Source of the DNA: Octopus vulgaris
Lineage: Eukaryota
Reading direction: 5' to 3'
DNA length: 64,000 nt
Assembly (NCBI GenBank): GCA_951406725.2
Contig: OX597815.1
Location: 58,280,001 to 58,344,000, forward strand
Each line of letters opens with the position of its first letter. Position 1 is the stretch's first letter. Shown here one piece after another: positions 53,390 through 64,000 of this stretch. Below the pieces are notes generated by a model. The model did no database searches, was not told where the DNA came from, and saw nothing but the letters and a program-made list of their open reading frames with translations. A program made the translations under genes and the position numbers.

Positions 53390-54420
53390 TGATTATAGCT
53401 TTATGGATTTTGTTCTGGACAAAAAATGGGCAGTCCTGCATTTGATGAAGCTTTTCTGGAAGAAATCTTGTTTAATTCTGAATTGGATGACAGTTTTGAA
53501 GGATTCACTCAGGCAGATATCAATGGTGAAATGGTTGGAGGTAATGATGAGGATGGTGACTATGTTTATAATGATGCACCAAGTGGATACTATCATCCCT
53601 GGCCAGTTGATTTTCAGGAAGTTACTGGCCCAAGGAGGTGCCTGATGGCATTTCTGAGGGGCAACTCTTTTGTCTATTCCTTAATGATAAAATCATAACT
53701 TTGTTTGTCAATGAGACAAATATACATGCTAGTCAGGAGAAGGAAAAGAGAGGGGAAAATACTGGCACCCACTTGTGTATATCAACATATGGAAGGACAC
53801 CATTTTTGAAGAAAGGAAGGCATTTATTGCAATTTTACTTCTGATTGTGCTCACAAAATGCTTATTGTTTGACTTGGATTGGTCTACTGATGACTTTATT
53901 GAGATGTCAGGCTTCAGGGACATCATGAAAGGAGACAGATTTCTGAAAATTCTGTACTTTTTCTATCTTTCAAACAGGCTAATTCCAAAGAGAAACAAAG
54001 GAATCACCTTGAGCATGACAGGGCTCACAAAATCCAACTACTTTTTGAAAAGCTTGTGCCACTTTGGCAAAAAAATTTTTATCCTGAAAAGGAACTCAAG
54101 TATGAATAAGGCTGCTAATGTACATGCCAGTAAAACCGACCAAGCAGGGCCTGAAAAACAAGGGTTGGGTGATGCAAAAACTGGGTACGTGTACAATTGG
54201 CAACTGTACATAGGTTGAAAAACAGCTCAAGCACCAAGGGCTGTTGGTGTTGCACATAAAGTGGTTTCTCTGAGAATGTGAAAAATAAGGGTCATGCCAT
54301 TTACATGAACTATGTTTTTTCTTCACCTAGCCCAACACGAAAAAATAGGATGCAGCACACTATGTTAAAACTGTCAGGATGTGAGTAATAGAATCAAAGT
54401 AGCAAGACCCTGGACAGGTA
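53390..54420 (+). mobile_element. decayed piggyBac (PGBD-type) transposase
   Basis: DDSFEGF, LFVNETN, DWSTD...FRDIMKGDRFLKIL, YMPVKPTK, DAKTGYVYNWQLYIG; multiple frameshifts. Confidence 0.82.
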
Positions 54421-56869
54421 TGTCCCTATGTATAAGGAGTAGTTACAATGTTATGAAATCCTTATGAAGATGTTTTAGACTAAGACTGTTGTGTATTAAG
54501 ATTAATGGAAAGATATAATCAAGGATTGCCAGTATCAAAATCTTGTAAGATAATGGTGGGTACATATAATGATAAGATAATGGGTACATATAATGTAAGA
54601 TAATGGTGGATACATATAATGATAAAAATAGAGGCAGTTAAGGTAGCTATAGCAACTTTTTCTAATTATATATAATTTTGTAAGTGTTAAGTTCAAAACT
54701 GGAGTTTATCAAAATACAGATGGTGGTAGTTATCTCTTAAACCAGTATGGGCATCACTGAAAGTACAGCAATGTTGTTCAAGAGATGAATAAATTGAAAG
54801 AGTTCCTCACTGTCCTCTCTGGGCTAAATTTCATACTGCTCTGATTGCAAATTCAATTTTAAGTTCAATGTATATACAAAATTTTATCGATGAATTAGAT
54901 GCTGAAGTATTTTATGTTATCTGTAGAAGTCAATAACAGTTCAGTGTCTAAGTAATGTTAGATTTTATAAAAATAAACATTTTTAAATAATCAGGTTACA
55001 AAAGGAAGTTAGACTTAATGCGAGGGGTTTCAGATGTCTTTAACATCTTGTATCAGTTGAAGTGGCAATAAGTTATTTTAGAAAAATTTTTTATATATAA
55101 TGCTATGGATAAAATCACAAGACTTGTTAACATGCCTCGAGAATTCTGCAGCCAAAGTTAGTCTGTTCCTCAATGCAAAGACTGATTACAGGATAAACAA
55201 GGATTATCCCATGCTGACCCAAGAGAGGGACCAGCGATTCAAGTTGACAGAACTGCAATGCTGCATGGGCCTTGAATTAGGTAGCACTATGAATTTTTGA
55301 AAATATTTAAATGTAATTTCTACCATACTTTTTCTTGGAGAGCATCCAAAAAGGAAAGTGTTGATATCTCATTTGTGAAACTTAGATATTTTAGAAAATA
55401 TGACAATCTGAATAATTAGCCATATTTGTGATGTCATATCTTTGACACTGAGGTGATTATCATCTTCAAATTACACAATTACATTAATAGTGACTTTAGT
55501 ATACAGTTTTTTTTTCAGATTCTTGGAAAGAGAACTTTTTTTACTTTTTGGAAGCTTTTTTAAATATTTATATAAAGCCTATTTTGTTACATGTCACAAA
55601 CAGTCAATTTTGCAGTGTTTTCAGACCTAGTTAAATCCAAAAGTACAAGCCACAGGGACTTCAGTTTTGGCACATTTGTAGTTGCTATAGAACTAAATAA
55701 ACCCTGAGATTTGGAGACATGACACCATTGAAATAACATTTTAATGGACTATTAAAAATGGCTATAAATGATGGAGTTTTGGATCAGGAGCCTACATAAG
55801 TTGGATTTTCTTTGTTTTGATGAGGATTTTTTTCATCTTTTTTTTTTTTAGATCAATCTTGGAAATAAAGGGGGTAAGCTTTTTATAAAAAACAATTTTA
55901 GAAAATTTATGATTCCCCCTTCCCTGAGAACTGATTTTTGCCAATTTATTTGCAGTACACACTTAGACTTTTTGGTAAGAAAGAAAGAAAGAAAAAAGTA
56001 AATATTTTCAAACAAAAAGTCATGTGATTTAAGGGAGATTTAGCTGTTGCATTATATCTCACATCCACCTGGTACTATTCTCAGAATTGCATGTACACCT
56101 AGACTAAAAAACAAATAAAATGTGAAAACTAATTCCTACAACATAACTTACAGCAAACTTGTTAGTAGGAGAGAAAGAGAAAAAAGTAAAAAACCCAAAC
56201 GAATATGGAAACACTACCAATGGTAGTTAAAATCAGAAACAAATCCTCCAAAAAACATCACATTTGACTTTAATAGTCCACATAATTATATTCATTGCAC
56301 AATATCATTTTCATTGGTGAAATTTGACCAATATTTTTCAAAGAAAAATAAAATTTACAAGTATATCTGCTTGGTTTACTTAGTGACTCTCCAAATGTTA
56401 AAACAGCAAAAGGGAATAAACAACACTCTGAATACGATGGCTCTATGCTAAGTTTGAGCTCAGTTTAGTGCATTTTTTTGTAGTAATATATGTTTACATA
56501 GTAATTAGCTTGTCCATTTCTTTAAATTCTGGCTCAAACTCAATATTTGAAGCCTTGGATTTGTGTTCCACTTGACCTCTTGTTATATATAAATACTCAG
56601 TTTGGTAAGTAGTGTCAGTATACCACCCTCTATACTGACTGTGTTTTTCGGCATATTGTGGCCAGATTTTGACCATATTGAATTTACAAGAAATTTTGTT
56701 TATTGTGATATAAATCTTGAAGAAAACATGTTCTTTTCTAAGTGAAAATTAACAATAAAATTTTCACTTAGAAAAGAACATCAATTTTCATATCAAAATA
56801 AAACAAAAACATAGTTCAAGTTATAGCATTTCAATGCATTGCACTAGAATGAGGGCTACTGTTCAGTCG

Positions 56870-58160
56870 AAAAAAAAAAAAAAGACAAACTTTGTAGATG
56901 CATGGAAATCCCAAGATGTTTGAGGGATCTTGACATGATAAGAAAGTTTGCATCTAGAACTTGGGAAAAATTTATTTTGGCATGGAAAATGATGAAGCAA
57001 AAAGTGTGTTTTTGCGTATTCAAACTGTGCTTGTCTCCATTGTATAGCACTCTATAGTGATACTTACTTGAATGTAGATTTTCTGAGAAGATTAGAAAGA
57101 AATGAAGTGAGCATGCTCTGCTGAATGTACAATGTGAATGTGCCATGAAAGAATTAGTACAAAGGTGCTGAGTGAAAAACTGGGCATTAGAGGAATCAGT
57201 TGTATGCAAGGAAGAAGACTGTGTGGCTATGGACATGCAATTGCATTTGGAAGAGAACAGCTGTATAAAGTAGTGCTGATTGCTAAATGTGACTGGAACT
57301 TGTAGAAAAGGGAAACTCAGGAAGACATGGTATGAAGTGGTTAAGGCTGTCTTTAGGTTCCTGAGCCTGAGAAGAGATGACACTGGACTGGTATCTCTGG
57401 CAATGAGGTTCTTGAAAAGACCCGGCCTTGTCAGTAAATCTGACTTCTGGAAGTGCTATGTACTGTGCTTTTCACCTGCAATACAGTGACTCAACCCCTC
57501 AACTCTTATGCATTAATCCTGCTACTTCTCCTGCAGACTACCAGCCTTGTCATCCCCCTCTCTTGCTCTATCCATCTGTCAAATGTTTTATCGTTACCAC
57601 TTGCATCTCCACCATCCTCTTCTGCACCCCTCTATCTTCCCTAGCTCATGATACCTTACTCATCCACCCCTCTGGCAGTTGGCCTGCCATCCCTCCCTTC
57701 ATTTTCCATTCCCTAAACCTTGCAAACTAATATTTCAATTCACCTGGTATTTTGTAGGCTATCTAGGCATCTCATTACCATTATTTATCTCTTGCAACTT
57801 CTGCTGTTTATTTTCTTCCCCCTTCTCCAACTAGATGTAGATGTGTGTAGCCATGCAGATCATCCATAAGAACGTCACTGCCCCACCAACTTCTCATAGT
57901 TCAATCATTTCATCCACTAGCATGAAGCTGAACCCCACCGCCCCCGGGTTTGTAGTTCTGTGAGCTGCATGGTGACCTCAAAAGTGCAGGTAACACAAAA
58001 AACACCCAGGCCATGCTGCAAAGTTGTTGGCATTAGGGAGAGCATCCAGTTATAGAAACCATGCAAAAAGAGATATTTGAGCAGGATGCAGCCTTGGACA
58101 CATTAGATCCTGTCAAACCATCTAATGCATGCCAGCATGGAACACTGGGTGATGATGATA
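56870..58160 (+). mobile_element. decayed RTE-type LINE 3' portion with (GAT)n tail
   Basis: GTCRKGKLRKTWYEVVK C-terminal RTE motif, pyrimidine-rich 3'UTR and family tail; parallels 39780-41615. Confidence 0.6.
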
Positions 58161-58940
58161 AATTGCTCACAACTCAAATATGTCAGTGACTTCAAGTACC
58201 TTGCGTTCTATGTTGCTGACAGTAAGGGAGAAGCCTAGAGTACCAATAAGTTTCAAAACATTTGACAAGCAAGTATTTCAAAGCCAACAAGACTTGCTTT
58301 CTTCAGGGCATTTATAGAGAGCAATGCCCTCTATGAAACCAAAACCTTCAAAATTGCCTTGATAGTACAAATCAAGCTTGTCACAAGAGTTCGAAACATC
58401 TTATGGTGTAAACACAAGACTAAAGAGGGGATTTATGGATACATTCCGCCCATCTCTACTATTACTTTGCTGGCCACTGTTCTTGTGTCCACCAACCACT
58501 TATGCCTACACTGTCAGATATTGTATTTTGGAAACTCCTGTGCTCTAACTACATTGATGTTAATGGCAGAGACACACATGAAATTAAGGCTCTACCAAAG
58601 CTAGGGAGCTGATTCCTAGCACAACATTTTGAAATGCATCTTCATTGCAGCTGCTTGAAGAAGATACACATGTGAGAACCTATCTTATTTAAAATTTCTT
58701 GAAAATTATCTCTCAAATCCAGAGGCTTGTAGAATCACAATATCTCTCACTAGCTCTATCTCTTTCAGTATTTCTTTGTCTTGGTAGAAAAGAACAAGGT
58801 GTTTTTTGTTTTTTTGGTTTTACTTTTATTACTTCTACATAAAGAATTTATATACATAACATAAACAGCAAAAACATGCCATAGATACACAAAGGGAAGA
58901 GATTAAAGAAAGAGAGAAGTTTTGATTTTCATTTACACCC

Positions 58941-60103
58941 TAGGGGGATCGGCTGAACAAGATACTCTCATTGAATATGACTAAATGCAATTTGATTTTC
59001 ATCATAGCACCCCTTTGTGGTCCACACACTTCTTCCATTGGTGATGCAGTGTTTGGATCCCATTGATGAAGAAGCTTTTATCCTGTTGCTCAAAAAGTCA
59101 TCAACAGCAGATATGATGTCATTAATCATTGCGATACTGGCAGGTGCTTTTTCACGTTGGGGAACAGAGGATAATCAGCTGGGGCAGTCACGCACAGCAG
59201 CCATTGAAACAAAGGATTTGTGTGCATTGTCCTTATGAAACAAGATCCTTTTTGTCAGTTTTTCTGGCATCTTGATAGCCTTTTGTAACTACCTCAGCAA
59301 GTTGGCACAGTACTCTCAATTAATATTGTAGACCGTTTGAAGATGGTCCATAATCACAGTGCTTTTGCATCCCTAAAAGCTGAGGCCATCACCTTCTCTG
59401 CAGATGAAATGACCTTGGCCTCCTTTGTAGTGTGTGAGGAGGGGTGTTTCCACTGCATGGATTGTCTCTGGCTCAAAGTGATGAACCCAAAACTCACCCT
59501 GGGTTAGGAAATGTTCAAGGAAACCAGCCTTAAACAATGTCACCTTTTCCCATGATGTGATCAGCTTGGTGTACTTTTGACCAGGTGTCAGAAGAAGTAG
59601 CACTCATCAAGCAGAAATCTTCATCATGTCAAGTTCATTGTGCAGAATATTCTCAACTCTCTCATGGGATATGCTAATAGCATTGGCTATTTGATTTATA
59701 GTCAGTCACCTGTCATCCATTGCCATGTGGTGAAGATGCTTAATGTTTTTCTCAGTGGCAGCAGTTGCAGGACATCTAAACCTTGGGTCATCTCCAAGAC
59801 TCTCCCTTCCCCTCCTAAGTCAACTGTTGCGTAATGTAGCAAGCATGTCAGCAAGAATGTCCTTAGGGGCTAAACCTTTTAACTGCAGATACTTGATAAC
59901 ACCATGATGCAAAATTTAGTTTATTTTCATGAGAAGTCACTACTAGTTACTTTTGAAGTCTTCTTTGAACAGTCAGATGTCAGTTTACCTGGAAAAAAGT
60001 AAAGCAGTTATTAATAAGAAGAACTGAAATTAATGCATGCAAGATTTCACAACTCTAGCATCACTCCTTCATAGTCAGCCTATGAACTTTTCAGCCCACC
60101 TTG
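58941..60103 (-). mobile_element. near-full-length decayed mariner element
   Basis: TIR TA-CAAGGTGGGCTGAAAAGTTCATAGGCTGAC at 60073-60105; FLTQGEFWVHHFEPET catalytic-region motif. Confidence 0.82.
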
Positions 60104-60616
60104 TATTAGCTTGGTGGCAGTACGTATTTGATAAGGAAAGAAATGAATGACCATACCTTATTGAAGCTTTGGCAATGCATGCTTAATTGTTACTTCATAA
60201 TATTTCATGAATATTTTCAATATAATTTTAAAAACATTTTTCTAATTTATCTTTTATTGTAGTTTAAAAAATAATTATCCATCTCAATACTTTGAACACT
60301 TTTCATAGCAAAATTAAATATTAAGATATTTCTTTTCATCAATATTTCAGCTTTCAACAACTGATAGCCGGCCGCCAACACTTTTTTTCTGCAAAATAGC
60401 CTGTTTGGGCTATATAATTAGCATTTGAGAATTTAAAATCACTTCTTTAACTTTCTAAGACATCTCAATGCTTCTAAAGAAAACTTCATTTGTTTGTTTA
60501 CATTCATCGTAATTTGAATTTATATAGATATTGATTTTCAAGTAATTTGAAATAAAAAAAATTTGAACTGTGTTAAGAGGAAAAGTACATGGAATTTTGA
60601 AATCATTTTGAAATAC

Positions 60617-60729
60617 CTTTCAGCTGTTTCTTTACCAATTTCTTTGTTTATAAGATCAATCTTCTGCTGTAGTTTCTTCCTCCTCTGATTGGGGGGTAGA
60701 TCACTGAAGTCTTCTTTCTGATCATCCAC
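60617..60729 (-). CDS. FNBP1L: FNBP1L/TOCA-1/CIP4-family gene, exon encoding start of HR1 (Cdc42-binding) domain
   Basis: Minus strand ataattcag|GTG GAT GAT...GCT GAA AG|gtattt, 113 nt, phase 0 to 2. Encodes [37 protein letters not shown](R), matching the family motif [18 protein letters not shown]. Symbol denotes the family; invertebrates usually have one orthologue. Confidence 0.93.
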
Positions 60730-61247
60730 CTGAATTATATAAATAAGCTATAATTACTAAGTGGAAAGTTATAATTAATAATCATTGCGAATTACATCAT
60801 GCTTATACTCCCCTTCTCACTACCACCTATCCAAACAAACAACATTCTTGTTATCAAGTGCAACCTACAAACAAAATAATATTTTTCTCATCAATTTGCT
60901 CAAATGGTGGGGTAGTAAAATTATACACAATGCCCCAAATTTGAGGGAGGGATATGTGATTAAATAGCTATGAATACTTAGCTGATACTTAATTTATGAA
61001 CATAAGAAGGATGTAAAGTTAAATGAACTTTGTGGGATTTGAGAGAGGAATATAGTCAATTAAACTAATACAAGTACTCAATACATATTTTATCAATACT
61101 GGAGTGATGAAAGGCAAATTCAACTGTTAGGTATTTTGTTTAGTACTCTACTGCTTCTGCCATCCACCAAGGTAACTAAATATATAAAGAGTTGAATAAA
61201 GAAATTATTATTATTATTATTATTATTGATAATAATAATAATAATAA

Positions 61248-61322
<75 letters not shown>

Positions 61323-61324
<2 letters not shown>

Positions 61325-62491
61325 GCCCTGATGCAGAACCAGGCAGTGGCTCTCATGGCTTCTGATCTTAACTGATTAGAAGTGTTATCATGTACATTGT
61401 TTTGTCCTGGTATAAAAGATGGGCTACAGCAAATATTCTGCTCAATACCACAGATTTGCTTGTCAGTTGTTTGACCATAACCAGTTGAGCATGTCCCTTA
61501 GTGGCTGACGATATGTGCATCTCTGATCACGAGCAGAAGTAGTGGGGGAGCATCATAGCCATGTGTTGAGAGGGATTCTTTGGGGTTTGAATAGTTCACC
61601 TCTGGAAACATGGGTGGTTCTTTCAACATCCTTAAACAACCCTTATTCAGGGACCGTTTGAGCGGGATGGGCTACTCAACCTGAAGAAAATTCTAACTGG
61701 GCCCCACCTGCAAGGTCATGTGCTTGTTTATCTTGATATGAGATCACCATGTCGCGCACATATGGTTGTGATGCATGTGCCTGGTGTACCTTTATCAAAC
61801 GGGTAGTCATGATGGGTATATTGGGCTTCGTATATTTTACCCCAGTGTCACTTCGATGGCATGAACTGCTCTCTCACTCAATAATAATAATAATAATAAT
61901 AACAATAACAACAATAATAATAATAATAATAATAATGCCCTGATGCAGTACCAAGCAGTGGCTCTCATGGCTTCTGATCTTAACTGATTGGAAGTGTTAT
62001 CATGTACATTGTTTTGTCCTGGTATAAAAGATGGGCTACAGCAAATATTCTGCTCAATACCACAGATTTGCTTGTCAGTTGTTTGACCTTAACCAGTTGA
62101 GCATGTCCCTTAGTGGCTGACGATATGTGCATCTCTGATCACGAGCAGAAGTAGTGGGGGAGCATCATAGCCATGTGTTGAGAGGGATTCTTTGGGGTTT
62201 GAATAATTCACCTCTGGAAACATGGGTGGTTCTTTCAACATCCTTAAACAACCCTTATTCAGGGACCTTTTGAGCGGGATGGGCTACTCAACCTGAAGAA
62301 AATTCTAACTGGGCCCCACCTGCAAGGTCATGTGCTTGTTTATCTTGATATGAGATCATCATGTCGCGCACATATGGTTGTGATGCATGTGCCTGGTGTA
62401 CCTTTATCAGACGGGTAGTCATGATGGGTATATTGGGCTTCGTATATTTTACCCCAGTGTCACTTTGATGGCATGCACTGCTCTCTCACTC
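61323..62491. repeat. two tandem 557-bp units (61323-61879, 61935-62491) embedded in (AAT)n microsatellite
   Basis: Units differ at about 10 positions by manual comparison; (AAT)n lies before, between and after them. Confidence 0.92.
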
Positions 62492-62528
<37 letters not shown>

Positions 62529-62689
62529 GTCGTCGTCATCGCCATCATCATCATCATCAAGCAAAAGCATTGAAGATGCAATACCACACTGATTGCATAT
62601 CAGAATTCCATAAAAAGCAGACTATTCATAAATAACCTGATGTTATCTTTTAAGAGCCTGGGTAGAGACACAGAAGATAATATACCTCC

Positions 62690-63120
62690 TGAAGCAGAAG
62701 AAACCTGCTAATTTTGGAATAACATGTGGAGGCACAAGGTTTCCCATGACTACAATGCCGAGTAAATTCATTCCATGAGATCCAAACTCCAGTACCTTGA
62801 GGATCCAAGGCAGGAACATGTATGCATAACCGATCTATCTGCACAGGTATCAAAACTGCCAAACTAAAGTGGTTTAGGTTAACACACAAATGAATTGGCT
62901 TGCAATTAAACAATTGCCTACAGGATGGTGCAGTTCCAGAATGGAAAGTAGAGCGAAAGACAACATTGTTAATGGGAGATCAATAAAAGGGCCATGAGGC
63001 TGGCAATTACCAACCTATTGCTAATCTTAATCTCTTATGGAAAGTATTAACAAGCATCTTCACAAGAAAAATACATATGTTACTTGTAGAAAACAATCTA
63101 CTTCTAGTAGAACATAAAGG
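62690..63120 (+). mobile_element. R4/Dong-like non-LTR RT fragment
   Basis: LQLNNCLQDGAVPEW...TTLLMGD...KGHEAGNYQPIANLNLLWKVLTSI, resembling R4/Dong RT domains 0-1. Confidence 0.6.
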
Positions 63121-63343
63121 ATACTATTTTCATTTTGTATCTGGTTTGAATCTGTGTGTTGAAACAAGTTTTTGTTGTGTGTGCTGAGAGTCATACTGTC
63201 TTAATATCTAACAAACTCACTGGTTCAATTTCCACTCATTTAGTATTTTTTTTTTGTGTCTTCCAAAAATTTTCATTGCTTTTGCAAACTTGTCAATGGA
63301 TTTTGACTTTATCTGATATTGGAGTTACATTCCTTTTGTCTGT

Positions 63344-64000
63344 TTGAGATTCTGTTGCATGCATGTGTGTGCACATCAGCATGCATATGTATGTATGTAT
63401 GTGTGCTGCATATTCATGTGTGTGTTTGTGAGTGCATCCACCTCTGCTTTTTTGTGTGTGAATGTTTGAGTGCATCTATGTATATGAGTTTGTGTGAATA
63501 TGTATGTGTATCTGTTATGTATGGATGTGTCTTCATATGTATCTCTGTGTACATATATGTGGAGTGTGTGTGTGCATTTATGGTCATATGTTTCCGTCTC
63601 CTTTTGTAGGTAATTAGATGGGTAGATAAATAAATATGTAGGTAAACAGATAGATACATAGGTAGGTAGATAGATAGATACATAGGTAATATGGACAGAC
63701 AGACAGACACACACAAAATGAGACGGAAACACAAGATCATATTTATACATACACTCCACACATGCATACACACATCCATACATAACAGATGCATGTACAT
63801 AATCACACAAACTCATACACATAGACACACTCAAACATGCACATGCAAGGAAGCAGAGGTACACACACAAATACACATACACAAGCACACACACAGAGAC
63901 AAACACATGAATATGCAGAATACATACATACACATACATACATAAGCACACATGCATGCTGGGGCACATGCACACACACACACATGTAACAGAATCTCAA
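63344..64000. repeat. long imperfect foldback of TG/CA-rich sequence
   Basis: ttgagattctgtt (63344) versus aacagaatctcaa (63988-64000); inner gtttccgtctc versus gagacggaaac. Confidence 0.8.

Noticed and set aside
58680-60560. Short inverted similarity (58685-58712 vs 60525-60555) near the HR1 exon
   Set aside because: About 25 nt of AT-rich sequence with mismatches; not distinguishable from chance.
1-64000. CRISPR arrays, operons, rRNA or tRNA genes
   Set aside because: Eukaryotic intron-rich DNA; no repeat-spacer arrays or intact structural RNA genes were seen.

Overview
This is AT-rich, microsatellite- and transposon-dense animal DNA. The repeat landscape (GAT-tailed RTE/SINE repeats, Penelope-like elements, mariner and piggyBac relics, TA/CATA microsatellites) suggests an octopus or other coleoid cephalopod, which is an inference. 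Most ORF-track entries are microsatellite or TE artefacts. One host gene is present: the 3' half of an FNBP1L/TOCA-1/CIP4-family F-BAR gene on the minus strand. I reconstructed it by hand from splice signals and phase continuity: HR1 exons 60617-60729 and 52850-52982, a linker exon 46983-47131, frame-preserving phase-2 small exons (81, 33, 45 and a candidate 33 nt), SH3 exons 27377-27516 and 27020-27174, and a probable ~4.6 kb 3'UTR. The F-BAR exons lie beyond the window end. The most notable signals are: (1) a ~220-nt inverted copy of the intron end, acceptor and first codons of the SH3 exon located just past the gene's 3' end, whose mismatches are mostly G-U wobbles in the gene's own transcript (candidate long-range RNA duplex for ADAR editing or splicing control); (2) candidate cassette and terminal exons that would add Cys-Cys or CaaX-like lipidation motifs; (3) several minimal type-I hammerhead ribozymes, including U3-A8 core variants in a 361-bp tandem/inverted unit; (4) an ORF1-only LINE-like element nested in a Penelope relic. 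All calls come from manual reading; no database searches were run.
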